This document shows positions 39,177 through 48,382 of a DNA stretch of 64,000 nucleotides, piece after piece (within the stretch, counting starts at the first letter, position 1; each line of letters opens with the position of its first letter). The notes under the pieces were generated by a model. It worked only from the letters and a program-made list of their open reading frames with translations, did no database searches and was not told the origin of the DNA. The stretch comes from an uncultured Acidobacteriota bacterium (GTDB lineage: Bacteria > Acidobacteriota > Thermoanaerobaculia > Multivoradales > UBA5704): positions 3,424,001-3,488,000 of the forward strand of contig OY969474.1 in NCBI GenBank assembly GCA_963700145.1. The letters run 5' to 3'. A program made the position numbers and the translations under genes.

Positions 39177-39775
39177 GCCGCACGCCCGCCTCCGCCGATC
39201 CGCTGGCCCGGCTGGTCGGCGAGCTCTCCCGCCTCCCCTCGATCGGGCCCAAGACCGCCACTCGCCTCGCCCACTACCTGCTCAAGGTCCCGGCCGCCGA
39301 GGCGCTGGCGCTCGCCGCCGCCATCACCGAGGTCAAGGAGAAGCTCTTCCACTGCTCCTCCTGCAACGCGATCACCGCCGTCGACCCCTGCCGCTTCTGC
39401 GCCGATCCGCAGCGCGAGCGGCGGCAGCTTTGCGTCGTCGAGGAGCCGTTCAACATCGAGCCGATCGAGCGCACCGGCGAGTACCACGGCCTCTACCACG
39501 TGCTGCTCGGCGCGCTCTCCCCGCACCGCGGCATCGGGCCCGACCGGCTGGCCATCCCGCGCCTGCTCGAGCGGCTCGACGGCGTCGAGGAGGTGGTCCT
39601 CGCCACCAACCCCAACGTCGAGGGGGAGGCGACGGCGCTCTTCCTCGCCCGGCTGCTCAAGGCGCGCGGCGTCAAGGTCACGCGCCTCGCCTTCGGCATG
39701 CCGGTCGGCGGCGACATCGAGTACACCGACGAGGTCACGCTCGGCCGCTCGCTCGCAGGGCGGCGCGAGATGTGA
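39173..39775 (+). CDS. recR: Recombination mediator RecR (probable CTG start)
   Basis: Manual translation gives LSRLPSIGPKTA, C4 zinc finger, CVVEE, YHVL, ATNPNVEGEATA; first ATG/GTG/TTG is only at 39500. Confidence 0.93.
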   Translation: MSRTPASADPLARLVGELSRLPSIGPKTATRLAHYLLKVPAAEALALAAAITEVKEKLFHCSSCNAITAVDPCRFCADPQRERRQLCVVEEPFNIEPIERTGEYHGLYHVLLGALSPHRGIGPDRLAIPRLLERLDGVEEVVLATNPNVEGEATALFLARLLKARGVKVTRLAFGMPVGGDIEYTDEVTLGRSLAGRREM

Positions 39776-41073
39776 GCACGCGCGCCCTGCGGCGCGGCGA
39801 TCTGCTGCCGCGCATGGTCGTGGCGCCGCCGGGCCCGCAGGCGCGCGCTTTCTCGGAACGCCTCGCCGCCGCCGAGGCGCCGGGCATCAACACCCTCGCC
39901 GGCGGGCGGCCGTCGCTGCTCTGGAAAGAAGCGCTCGGCGCCAACGTCCTCGACGTCGACGGCAACCGCTACCTCGACCTGACCTCCGGCTTCGGCGTCG
40001 CGGCGGTCGGCCACCGCCACCCGCGCGTCGTCGCGGCGGTGCGCGCGCAGAGCGGCCGGCTCCTCCACGGGCTCGGCGACGTCCACGCCCACCCGCTGCG
40101 GATCGAGCTGGCGGAGCGGCTCGCGGCGCTGGCGCCGGTCGACGAGCCGCGGGTCTTCTTCGCCGTCTCGGGGGCGGAGGCGGTCGAGATCGCGCTCAAG
40201 ACCGCGGTCGCCGCGACCGGCCGCGCCGGCGTCGTCGCCTTCGAGCCGAGCTACCACGGCACGACCCTCGGGGCGCTCGCCGCCACCTCCCGCGCCGAGT
40301 TCCGGCGCCCCTTCCTCGCCCACCTCCACCCGCACGTCGTGCGCCTCCCCTTCGGCTGCCCGCCGGCCGACGTTGGCGCGACGCTCGCCGGCGGCGGCAT
40401 CGCCTGCCTGCTGGTCGAGCCGATCGTCGGGCGCGAGGGGGTGCTGTTGCCGCCGCCGGGGTGGCTGGCGAAGATCGCCGCGCTCTGCCGGCGGCACGGC
40501 GTGCCGATCGCCGCCGACGAAGTCTTCACCGGCCTCGGGCGCACCGGGGCGCTCTGGGCCTGCGCGGCCGAAGGGGTGCGCCCCGACCTCCTCTGCTGCG
40601 GCAAGGCGCTGGGCGGCGGGCTGCCGATCGCGGCGGTCGTCGGGAGGCGCGAGCTGATGGCGGCGTGGGAGACGCCGGGGGAGGCGCTCCACACCTCGAC
40701 CTTCGTCGGCCATCCGCTCGCCTGCGCGGCGGCGCTGGCGGCGCTCGACGTGATCGAAGAGGAGCGGCTGGCCGAGCGCGCGGCGCAGCTCGGCGATTCT
40801 CTTCTGGGGCCGCGGTTGACCGGGTGGGGAGAACGGTTTGCCGCGGTCGACGCGGTGCGCGGCCGCGGGCTCCTCTGGGGCGTCGAGCTCGCCTCGCGTG
40901 CGGCCGCTGGCGCCTTCGTCGAGGGCGCGCGCCGCCGCGGCGTCTTGCTCCTCGCCGGCGGCCCCGAGGGGCGCGTCGTGCAGCTCGTCCCGCCTCTGTC
41001 CATTACCCAGAAGCTGCTGGCTTGCGCGATCGACCTGCTCGAAGCCGCCCTCGCCGAACTCGGCGCGACCTGA
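39772..41073 (+). CDS. PLP-dependent aminotransferase class III
   Basis: DVDGNRYLD, SGAEAVE, ADEVFTGLGRTG, GKALGGG. Confidence 0.9.
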   Translation: MSTRALRRGDLLPRMVVAPPGPQARAFSERLAAAEAPGINTLAGGRPSLLWKEALGANVLDVDGNRYLDLTSGFGVAAVGHRHPRVVAAVRAQSGRLLHGLGDVHAHPLRIELAERLAALAPVDEPRVFFAVSGAEAVEIALKTAVAATGRAGVVAFEPSYHGTTLGALAATSRAEFRRPFLAHLHPHVVRLPFGCPPADVGATLAGGGIACLLVEPIVGREGVLLPPPGWLAKIAALCRRHGVPIAADEVFTGLGRTGALWACAAEGVRPDLLCCGKALGGGLPIAAVVGRRELMAAWETPGEALHTSTFVGHPLACAAALAALDVIEEERLAERAAQLGDSLLGPRLTGWGERFAAVDAVRGRGLLWGVELASRAAAGAFVEGARRRGVLLLAGGPEGRVVQLVPPLSITQKLLACAIDLLEAALAELGAT

Positions 41074-41088
41074 GAGACAATCGCCTTC

Positions 41089-41658
41089 ATGCCCGACACG
41101 CCGCGCCTGAAGGTCGCCTTCATCGGTAGCCACGGTGTCGGCAAGACCACGCTCTGCTACGGCCTCGCGGCGCGGCTCAAGGCGCGCGACGTGGCGGTCG
41201 ACGTCGTGCACGAGATCGCGCGCCGCTGCCCGCTGCCGATCAACGAGGAGACCGGCGTCGCCTCGGAGTCCTGGATCCTCCACACCCAGATCGGCGAGGA
41301 GCTGATCGCGCAGGCGCGCTACCCGGTGGTGATCTGCGACCGCAGCGTCCTCGACAACTACGTCTACCTGCTGCTCGCCGCCGGCAAGCAGCCGCACCTC
41401 GAAGGGCTGGTGGACGGCTGGATGCGCGGCTACGACCTGCTGTTCCACGTGCCGATCGTCGAGGAACCGAGCCCCGACGGCGTGCGCTCGGCCGACCCGG
41501 CGTTCCAGACCGCCGTCGACCGGCGGCTGGAGGAGGAACTGGCGGCGCGCGGCCTGGCGCCGCAGCGGCTCGACCCGGCGCGGCGCGGCGAGTGGCTGGA
41601 GCGGGTGGACTGCGCGGTGTGGGAGCGGCTGCGGCCGGCGCAGATGCGGCTGCTGTGA
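41089..41658 (+). CDS. AAA_28 (NadR/Ttd14-like) P-loop kinase/ATPase
   Basis: GSHGVGKTT, ICDRSVLD. Confidence 0.8.
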   Translation: MPDTPRLKVAFIGSHGVGKTTLCYGLAARLKARDVAVDVVHEIARRCPLPINEETGVASESWILHTQIGEELIAQARYPVVICDRSVLDNYVYLLLAAGKQPHLEGLVDGWMRGYDLLFHVPIVEEPSPDGVRSADPAFQTAVDRRLEEELAARGLAPQRLDPARRGEWLERVDCAVWERLRPAQMRLL

Positions 41659-41669
41659 GGGGCTGAGCG

Positions 41670-42326
41670 ATGCCGTCGTTCGAAGGCCTGCTCCTCTGGT
41701 TGCTGCTGGCGCTCCTGGCCGCCGGCGCCGTCGCGCTTCTGCTCGTCTTGCGCGACCGCCGGCCGCCGGCGGTCGCCGCCGCCGCGCTCGCCCGCGGGGA
41801 CTTCGCGGCAGCGCTGGCGGCGGGGAGCGCACCGGGGGCGCCGCGCGAGGAGCGCCTCGCCGCGGCCGCCGGCGCCAAGCACCTCCTCGACTTCGACGCC
41901 GCCGGCGCCCTCCTCGCTCCGCTCCTCGCCGCCGACCCCGAGGACGGCGAGGCCTGGCTCGAAGCCGGGCTCGTCGCCGCCTACGCCGGCGACCACGACG
42001 GCGCCGAGCACGCCTTCGCGCGCGCCGCCGCGCTGCGCTCGGACCTCCTCGAGTCGATCACCCTGCACCGCGCCTGGTCGGCCCTGGCGCGCGGCGACCG
42101 GCGCGCCGCCCGCGCCCGCTTCGAGGAGGTCGAGGCACCCCTCGAGAGCAAGCTGCGCTCCGACCTGGGGCCCGGCGATCCGCTCTTCGCCGAGTGGTTC
42201 CTCCAAGCCGCCGCGCTCTGGCGCGCCGCGGGCGACGAGGAGCGCGCCGCCTGGGCCCTCGCCGCCAGCCGCGCGGCGGCCCCGGCGTCACGACTCTGGC
42301 AAGTGATCGCCGCGCCCTCCGGCTAG
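41670..42326 (+). CDS. Membrane-anchored TPR-like protein
   Basis: N-terminal TM; DPEDGEAWLEAGLV TPR-like helices. Confidence 0.65.
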   Translation: MPSFEGLLLWLLLALLAAGAVALLLVLRDRRPPAVAAAALARGDFAAALAAGSAPGAPREERLAAAAGAKHLLDFDAAGALLAPLLAADPEDGEAWLEAGLVAAYAGDHDGAEHAFARAAALRSDLLESITLHRAWSALARGDRRAARARFEEVEAPLESKLRSDLGPGDPLFAEWFLQAAALWRAAGDEERAAWALAASRAAAPASRLWQVIAAPSG

Positions 42327-42337
42327 AATCGGCGCCC

Positions 42338-43360
42338 TTGAGCATCCACAACCTGTTGCGCTCCTGGGAGCCGCTCTCCCACTTCAGCGAGGAGCAGCTC
42401 GGGCAGCTCGTGCGCTGCCTGGCGCGCAACCGCTACCCGGCCGGCACGTCGGTCCTCCAGGAGGGGGACCCGACGCTCGACGCCTATCTCGTGGCGAGCG
42501 GCAACGTGCGCATCCAGCGCCAGACCCCGTATGGCATCTTCAGCCTGGCGGTCCTCGGGCCGGGCGAGCTCTTCGGCGAGACCAGCTTCGTCGATCACGA
42601 GGCGCGCTCCGGCGACGCCCTGACGCTCGCCGAGACCGAGCTGCTGACCTTGAACCCGGTGGCCGCGGCGGCGACCCTGGAGCGCGACCCGCGCTTCGCG
42701 GTGGCGCTCTACTGGACCTTCTGGAAGAGCCTGGCGCAGAAGCTCCGGCAGACCAACCAGAAGCTCACTCACTTCTTCCCGGAGAGCGGGCTGCCGGCCG
42801 CGCCGGGGCCGCACGAGGTGCTCGACGCGAGCGGCGCGATGGCGGGGTTCCGCGTCGACTTGGCCGACAAGCGGAAGCTCTTCCAGGAGCAGCGCCTGTC
42901 GGCGATGGAGATCAACTTCCTCTCCTCGCTGTCGAAGGAGAAGAAGCTCGCCCCCAGTCAGGTGCTCTTCCGCGAGGGGGAGTCGGGCAGCGAGATGTAC
43001 GTGGTGCTCGACGGGCGGGTGATGATCAGCAAGTACATCCCCGGGGCCGGCGAGGAGGCGCTCGCCTTCCTGGAGCGCGGCGACTGGTTCGGCGAGATGG
43101 CGCTGATCGACAACCAGCCGCGCTCGGCCACCGCCAAGGCGCACGACGGCGGGGCGGTCGTGGTGACGATCCCGCGCGAGGTCGTCGAGGGCCTCCTCGA
43201 CATCCACCGCATCTCCTCGCTGCGGCTGCTCAAGATCCTCTGCAGCCTGGTAGCGCGGCGCCTCCGGGAGCTCGACGACAAGATCATCGGGTGGTTTATC
43301 CTGGCCGGCGGCCACGGGAACTGGGCCGCGGAGTACGACGCCGGGCCGGTCGCGGGCTGA
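42338..43360 (+). CDS. Tandem cyclic-nucleotide-binding domain protein
   Basis: Two cNMP domains (FGETS...ARSG; FGEMA...PRSAT); no output domain. Confidence 0.85.
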   Translation: MSIHNLLRSWEPLSHFSEEQLGQLVRCLARNRYPAGTSVLQEGDPTLDAYLVASGNVRIQRQTPYGIFSLAVLGPGELFGETSFVDHEARSGDALTLAETELLTLNPVAAAATLERDPRFAVALYWTFWKSLAQKLRQTNQKLTHFFPESGLPAAPGPHEVLDASGAMAGFRVDLADKRKLFQEQRLSAMEINFLSSLSKEKKLAPSQVLFREGESGSEMYVVLDGRVMISKYIPGAGEEALAFLERGDWFGEMALIDNQPRSATAKAHDGGAVVVTIPREVVEGLLDIHRISSLRLLKILCSLVARRLRELDDKIIGWFILAGGHGNWAAEYDAGPVAG

Positions 43361-44420
43361 CCTTCCCTTCCGACCCGAGCGCGGCCAGCACCTTCCCGAC
43401 CAGCGACGAGAGCGGCAGCGCGCAGCGCCCCTCCGCGTCGAACCAGCCCGCCTCGTTTCCCTCCGCCAAGGAGCCCGTGTCGGCGACCTCGGCGCGGTGG
43501 ACCGCCACCTCCAAGTCGCGGAAGGTGACGGCGTGGCGCACGCGGGCCGCCGGCGCGGCGAGGCGCCAGCTGCCGCCGTAGCGCCGCGCCAGGAGCGTCT
43601 CGGCGGAAACGGAGCCGCCGTCGAGCTCCGCCCAGGGCAGCTCCCAGAAACCGGCCATCAGCGGGTCGCCCTCGGACCGCCGGACGAGCAGCACCCGCCC
43701 GCGCCACTCGACGACCGCCACCGCCACGCGCCGAGCCTCGCGCGCCCGGCGCGGGCGCCGTTGGGGGTAGGGCTCGGGATTGCCCTCGGCCGCCGCCCGG
43801 CAGCCGGGGAGGAGCGGGCAGGCGGGACATCTCGGGCGGCGCGGGGTGCAGATTGTCGCGCCCAGCTCCATCAGCGCCTGGTTGCTGTCGCCCGGGCGGG
43901 CCGGGTCGAGCAGCTCGGCCGCCGCCGCCCGCAGCCGCCGGCGGGCCGCCGCGCTCTTGGGGTCCTCGGCCAATGCCAGGAACCGCGCCAGGAGGCGCTC
44001 GACGTTGCCGTCGAGGACCGGCACCGGCGCGCCGAAGCAGATGCTGGCCACCGCCGCGGAGGTGTAGTCGCCCACCCCGGCCAGCTCCCGCCACCCCTCC
44101 GGCGTCTCCGGGAAGCCGCCGCGCTCGACCACCCGCCGCGCCGCGGCATGGAGCTGCCGGGCGCGCCGGTAGTAGCCGAGCCCAGACCAGAGGGCGAGCA
44201 CCTCCCCCTCCCCGGCCGCCGCCAGCGCCTCGACCGTGGGGAACCGCTCCAGGAACCGCTGGTAATAGGGGAGAACGACGTCGACCCGCGTCTGCTGCAG
44301 CATCACCTCGGAGACCCAGACCGGATAAGGCTCGCGGGTCCGTCGCCAAGGCAGGTCGCGCCGCACCCGGTCGTACCAGCTCAGCAGCTCATGCCGCACC
44401 GCGTCAGGGTGAGTAGGCAC
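43296..44420 (-). CDS. mutY: A/G-specific adenine glycosylase
   Basis: WVSEVMLQQT, WSGLGYYRRA, DGNV, CTPRRPRCPAC, C-terminal NUDIX-like domain. Confidence 0.93.
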   Translation of the reverse strand: MPTHPDAVRHELLSWYDRVRRDLPWRRTREPYPVWVSEVMLQQTRVDVVLPYYQRFLERFPTVEALAAAGEGEVLALWSGLGYYRRARQLHAAARRVVERGGFPETPEGWRELAGVGDYTSAAVASICFGAPVPVLDGNVERLLARFLALAEDPKSAAARRRLRAAAAELLDPARPGDSNQALMELGATICTPRRPRCPACPLLPGCRAAAEGNPEPYPQRRPRRAREARRVAVAVVEWRGRVLLVRRSEGDPLMAGFWELPWAELDGGSVSAETLLARRYGGSWRLAAPAARVRHAVTFRDLEVAVHRAEVADTGSLAEGNEAGWFDAEGRCALPLSSLVGKVLAALGSEGKVSPRPARRRTPRPSSRGRRPG

Positions 44421-44484
44421 GGCCGCCAGTTTGGCACGGCGGCCGGCGCTCCGCAGCAAGGGGTGGGAACTCACAGCGAAGGGC

Positions 44485-44551
44485 GGGCAGCTCCCTCCCC
44501 CGTGCAGCGGGGGAGGGCCAGGGAGGGGGTATCGAAGTCAATGCAGGAAAG
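44485..44551 (-). repeat. REP-like palindromic element, copy 2
   Basis: Inverted identical copy of 25034-25090, followed by GTCAATGCAGGAAAG shared with the 60623 element. Confidence 0.9.
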
Positions 44552-44613
44552 CCCGCCGACTGAACCGCGTCGGAGTAGCCGCGGAAACATGCCCTGCCTC
44601 TCCGGTGCCGCCT

Positions 44614-44649
44614 AAAAAACTAGCGGCCCTCGGTTTCCCGAGGGCCGCT
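44614..44649 (-). terminator. Intrinsic terminator
   Basis: 12-bp stem AGCGGCCCTCGG-GAAA-CCGAGGGCCGCT followed by AG-T6 on minus strand. Confidence 0.88.
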
Positions 44650-44823
44650 GATTTTGAAGTATGGGGGGGAGGCCCCGTCTCTCCGGTTGGGTTTCTGAGG
44701 ATCTACCCCTGGTTTAGGGGGATGGGATTAGCTTTCTCAGAGGGTGAGACCCGAAGGGTCTCGATGTAGGATGGGTTGTTCTTGGTAGGTGAAGCCTCCC
44801 CACATACTTTCTTCTGCGTTGCC
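44614..44823 (-). ncRNA. Candidate sigma54-dependent structured sRNA (~210 nt)
   Basis: Bounded by sigma54 promoter and terminator; closing stem 44657-44673/44794-44809; two inner hairpins. Confidence 0.7.
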
Positions 44824-44833
44824 GCGTTCTCAC

Positions 44834-44849
44834 TGCAACCGCTGTGCCA
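44834..44849 (-). promoter_or_regulatory. sigma54 -24/-12 promoter
   Basis: Minus strand TGGCACAGCGGTTGCA. Confidence 0.85.
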
Positions 44850-44970
44850 GGGGTCGGGCTTCCCCGTAGGAGGCCCGTGGCGGCCCCTCCGGGTACCCGC
44901 CTGTTCATGCAATAACTGCCAAACGCTTAGTGGCATTTCTGCACGGCGGCCAGGGGGCTAAAATCGCCGG

Positions 44971-46686
44971 GTGAAGAAGCTGGTGGCGGTCTTCTTGGTG
45001 CTGGTGGCGGTGGCGGTGGCCGCCGCCGGGGCCGGCATCCTGCTGTCGCGCGGCGGGCGGAGCCTCGGCGGCCCCACGGTCCTCGTCTGGCGGCTGGACC
45101 GGACGATTCTCGAGCAGGCCCCCACCTCCGGCTTCCCCTTCGCGGCCGGCGCCACCCTCGACAGCATGGCCCAGCTCTACCCCGCCCTCCGCGCCGCGCG
45201 CGCGGACGACGGGGTCAAGGGGCTCGCCGTCTACATCCAGGGCGCCGACTTCGGCCTCGCCAAGGCGCAGGAGTTCCGCCGCCAGCTCGCCGCGCTGCGG
45301 CAGGCGGGGAAGTTCGTCGAGTGCTACCTGGAGACGGCCGGCGAGGGCTCCAACGGCACCCTCGCCTACTACCTGGCGAGCGCCTGCGAGCGCATCCACC
45401 TGGCGCCGGCCGGGGACCTCAACCTCCTCGGCCTCTTCGCCGACAGCGTCTTCCTGCGCGGTGCCCTCGAGAAGCTCAAGATCGACCCGGCCTTCAGCTC
45501 GGTCGGCCGCTACAAGAGCGCCGTCGAGTCCTTCACCCAGACCGAGCACTCGCCCGAGGCCGAGGAGGCGATGAACGCCGTCCTCGACGGCTTCTACGGG
45601 CAGCTCGTGGCCGGGATCGCCGCGGCGCGCCGTCTGCCGCCGGCCGAGGTGCGGCGCCTGATCGACGGCGCCCCCTACTCGGCCCCCGAAGCGCTGCGGC
45701 TGAAGCTGATCGACGCCCTCGCCTACCCCGACCAGTTCCGCGACCGCATCGAGGAGCGCGCCGGCGGCGAGCCGCGCCTGGTGCGGCTGCAGGACTACGG
45801 CGGCCGCGGCAACCCCTTCGCCGGCAAGACCATCGCCGTGGTCTTCGCCCTGGGGACGATCGTGCGCGGCCACGGCGGCATCGAGCCCTGGACGCAGGAG
45901 GTCTTCCTCGGCGCGGAGAGCCTGGCCGAGATCCTCTCCGACCTGGCCGACGACGGCGGCGTCGCCGCCGTCGTGCTGCGCGTCGACAGCCCGGGCGGCT
46001 CGGCCCTCGCCTCCGACTTGATCCTGCGCCAGGTGGAGCTGCTGGCGCGCGAGAAGCCGGTCGTGGTTTCGATGTCGGACGTCGCTGCCTCGGGCGGCTA
46101 CTACATCGCCGCCAAGGCGCACAAGATCGTCGCCGAGCCGGCGACCCTGACCGGCTCGATCGGGGTCTTCGGCGGCAAGCTCGTCACCCGGCGCCTGCAG
46201 GAGGAGCACCTCGGCGTCACCCACGACACGCTCAAGCGCGGCGCCAACGCCGACATCTACACGACGCTCGCGCCGTTCAGCGCCGCGCAGCAGGCGCGGG
46301 TGGACGCCGGGATGCGCCGCGTCTACGACACCTTCGTCGGCCACGTGGCGCGGGGGCGCAAGCTCTCGCCGCGCGAGGTCGAGGCGGTGGCGCAGGGGCG
46401 GGTGTGGACCGGCGAGGAGGCGCGGCGGCGGCGGCTGGTCGACGAGCTCGGCGGCTTCGACCGCGCGCTCGAGCTGGCGCGCGCCGAGGCCGGGATCGCG
46501 GCCGGCGCCGCGGTCCGCCTGGCCTTCTACCCCGAGCCGGCGAGCTTCTGGGACCTGCTCTTCGACGGCGAGGAGGAGCCGCTCCTGCCCTCCTCGCTGG
46601 TGCGCCTGCTGCGCGCCCTCGACCCGCCGGCCGCCGGCGCGCTCGAGCTGCCGCGCGAGATCGCGCGATTGGCCCGGCCGTTCTGA
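44971..46686 (+). CDS. sppA: Signal peptide peptidase SppA (protease IV, 67K type)
   Basis: YYLASAC, GRYKSA, RVDSPGGS, SMSDVAASGGYY, TGSIGV, AQGRVWTG. Confidence 0.93.
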   Translation: MKKLVAVFLVLVAVAVAAAGAGILLSRGGRSLGGPTVLVWRLDRTILEQAPTSGFPFAAGATLDSMAQLYPALRAARADDGVKGLAVYIQGADFGLAKAQEFRRQLAALRQAGKFVECYLETAGEGSNGTLAYYLASACERIHLAPAGDLNLLGLFADSVFLRGALEKLKIDPAFSSVGRYKSAVESFTQTEHSPEAEEAMNAVLDGFYGQLVAGIAAARRLPPAEVRRLIDGAPYSAPEALRLKLIDALAYPDQFRDRIEERAGGEPRLVRLQDYGGRGNPFAGKTIAVVFALGTIVRGHGGIEPWTQEVFLGAESLAEILSDLADDGGVAAVVLRVDSPGGSALASDLILRQVELLAREKPVVVSMSDVAASGGYYIAAKAHKIVAEPATLTGSIGVFGGKLVTRRLQEEHLGVTHDTLKRGANADIYTTLAPFSAAQQARVDAGMRRVYDTFVGHVARGRKLSPREVEAVAQGRVWTGEEARRRRLVDELGGFDRALELARAEAGIAAGAAVRLAFYPEPASFWDLLFDGEEEPLLPSSLVRLLRALDPPAAGALELPREIARLARPF

Positions 46687-46779
46687 ACCAGAACGCTTGA
46701 CGGGTTCGAAACGAGGGTCTATAGTCCATTTCGCTTCGTCGGCAACTCGTCTCACAGTCCCTGTTTTTTGAGCCTCTGG

Positions 46780-46800
46780 ATTTCCACAGGTTGTGGAAAG
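46780..46800. promoter_or_regulatory. Inverted pair of DnaA-box-like sites upstream of dnaA
   Basis: ATTTCCACA-ggt-TGTGGAAAG. Confidence 0.7.
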
Positions 46801-46831
46801 TCTGCGGAATTCGACTGCCTGTTGAGGCCCC

Positions 46832-48130
46832 ATGTCGCAACTCTGGAACCTGCTGAAAAGAGAGCTGCAAGAAGAACTTACGGCTGACGAGTTCGCGCGC
46901 TGGTTCCGCCCCCTGAAGGTCCGCGTCGAGGAAGAGGACCGGCTGGTCCTGACCGCCCCCGACGCCCGCGCCCTGCACACTCTGGAGTCGAGCTACCGGC
47001 CGGCCGTGGACCGCGCGATCGCGGGCCTCAAAGGGGCCGCCTATCAGGTCCTTTTCTCGCTCGAGGAGCGTGAGGAGGCGGCCCCTCAGGAGCCGTCGTC
47101 GCCGCCCGCGCTGCCGGCGCAGTTCAACCCCAGGTACACCTTCGACACCTTCGTCGTCGGCAGCTCGAACCAGTTCGCCCACGCCGCGGCGCGGGCGGTC
47201 GCCGAGAACCCGTCGAAGAGCTACAACCCGCTTTTCCTCTACGGCGGCGTCGGGCTCGGCAAGACCCATCTCCTCCACGCCATCGGTTTCCACATCCGCA
47301 AGGAGAGCCCGCAGCTGCGGGTGCTATATCTCGCGGCCGAGCAGTTCGTCAACGAGCTCATCAACTCGATCCGCTTCGACCGCATGCCGGCCTTCCGCGA
47401 GCGCTACCGCACGATCGACGTGCTGCTGATCGACGACGTGCAGTTCCTGGCCAACAAGGAGCGGACGCAGGAGGAGTTCTTCCACACCTTCAACACCCTC
47501 TACACCAGCCAGAAGCAGATCATCCTCTCGTCGGACTCCTCGCCGCGGAACATCCCGACCCTCGAGGAGCGGCTGCGCAGCCGCTTCGAGTGGGGGCTGA
47601 TCGCCGACATCCAGCCTCCCGATCTCGAGACGAAGGTCGCGATCCTCCGCCGCAAGGCCGACGTCGAGGGCACCGTTCTGCCCAACGACGTCGCCCACTT
47701 CATCGCCCAGCAGGTGCGCTCGAACATCCGCGAACTCGAAGGGTTGCTCACCCGGGTCATCGCCTTCTCGTCGCTGACCGGGAAGCCGCTCTCTCTCGAC
47801 CTCGCCAAGGAGACCCTGCGCGACATCCTGCCGGACACCGAGCGCAAGCCCGCCGCCGCCGAGATCATCAAGTTCGTGGCCCGCCACTACGGCTTGAAGG
47901 TCTCCGAGATCAAGAGCAAGGGCAACACCAAGCAGATCGCCTTCCCGCGCCAGGTGGCGATGTACGCCCTGAAGCGCCTAACCGACCTCTCCTACCCCGA
48001 GATCGGCAAGCAGTTCAACGACAAGCACCACTCGACGGTCATGTACTCGGTCGAGAAGATCCAGCAGCTCCGCGACGGCGACCCCGAGATCGACAAGGTG
48101 CTGGCCTCGATCGAGCAGCACTTCTCCTGA
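46832..48130 (+). CDS. dnaA: Chromosomal replication initiator
   Basis: YNPLFLYGGVGLGKTHL, LIDDVQF, RLRSRFEWGL, domain IV HHSTV. Confidence 0.97.
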   Translation: MSQLWNLLKRELQEELTADEFARWFRPLKVRVEEEDRLVLTAPDARALHTLESSYRPAVDRAIAGLKGAAYQVLFSLEEREEAAPQEPSSPPALPAQFNPRYTFDTFVVGSSNQFAHAAARAVAENPSKSYNPLFLYGGVGLGKTHLLHAIGFHIRKESPQLRVLYLAAEQFVNELINSIRFDRMPAFRERYRTIDVLLIDDVQFLANKERTQEEFFHTFNTLYTSQKQIILSSDSSPRNIPTLEERLRSRFEWGLIADIQPPDLETKVAILRRKADVEGTVLPNDVAHFIAQQVRSNIRELEGLLTRVIAFSSLTGKPLSLDLAKETLRDILPDTERKPAAAEIIKFVARHYGLKVSEIKSKGNTKQIAFPRQVAMYALKRLTDLSYPEIGKQFNDKHHSTVMYSVEKIQQLRDGDPEIDKVLASIEQHFS

Positions 48131-48382
48131 AGCTCGATCCGCGCTTTCCACAGGGCCGCTCCGGAAGAGGTGTGGAGTGCCTGCGCAGAACGCTGAGCGC
48201 GACCGCTTTTCCCCGCTCGTCCGCAGCCCTCCGCAGCCCGCTCGAGGCCTCGCCTGCGGAGCCGCAACTCGATGATCCGTTTCTAGTTGCGGCGCGTCTC
48301 CGCGTTTCCGCAGCGCCTCCTACGGCGACGACGGTCAATGCTATGATCATCACGCCTTCTCTTCTCTGGAGACCGGCCCCAC
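48131..48382. other. Probable oriC (dnaA-dnaN intergenic)
   Basis: CTTTCCACA, TGTGGAG and several TCCGCA variants; last box GTTTCCGCA (48304) followed by a GC-rich spacer and TAC/GAC/GAC trio-like repeats. Confidence 0.7.

Noticed and set aside
44657-44809. 6S RNA or glycine riboswitch identity for the structured RNA
   Set aside because: Branched rather than rod-like, no recognisable riboswitch core, ends in its own terminator; not excluded without an Rfam search
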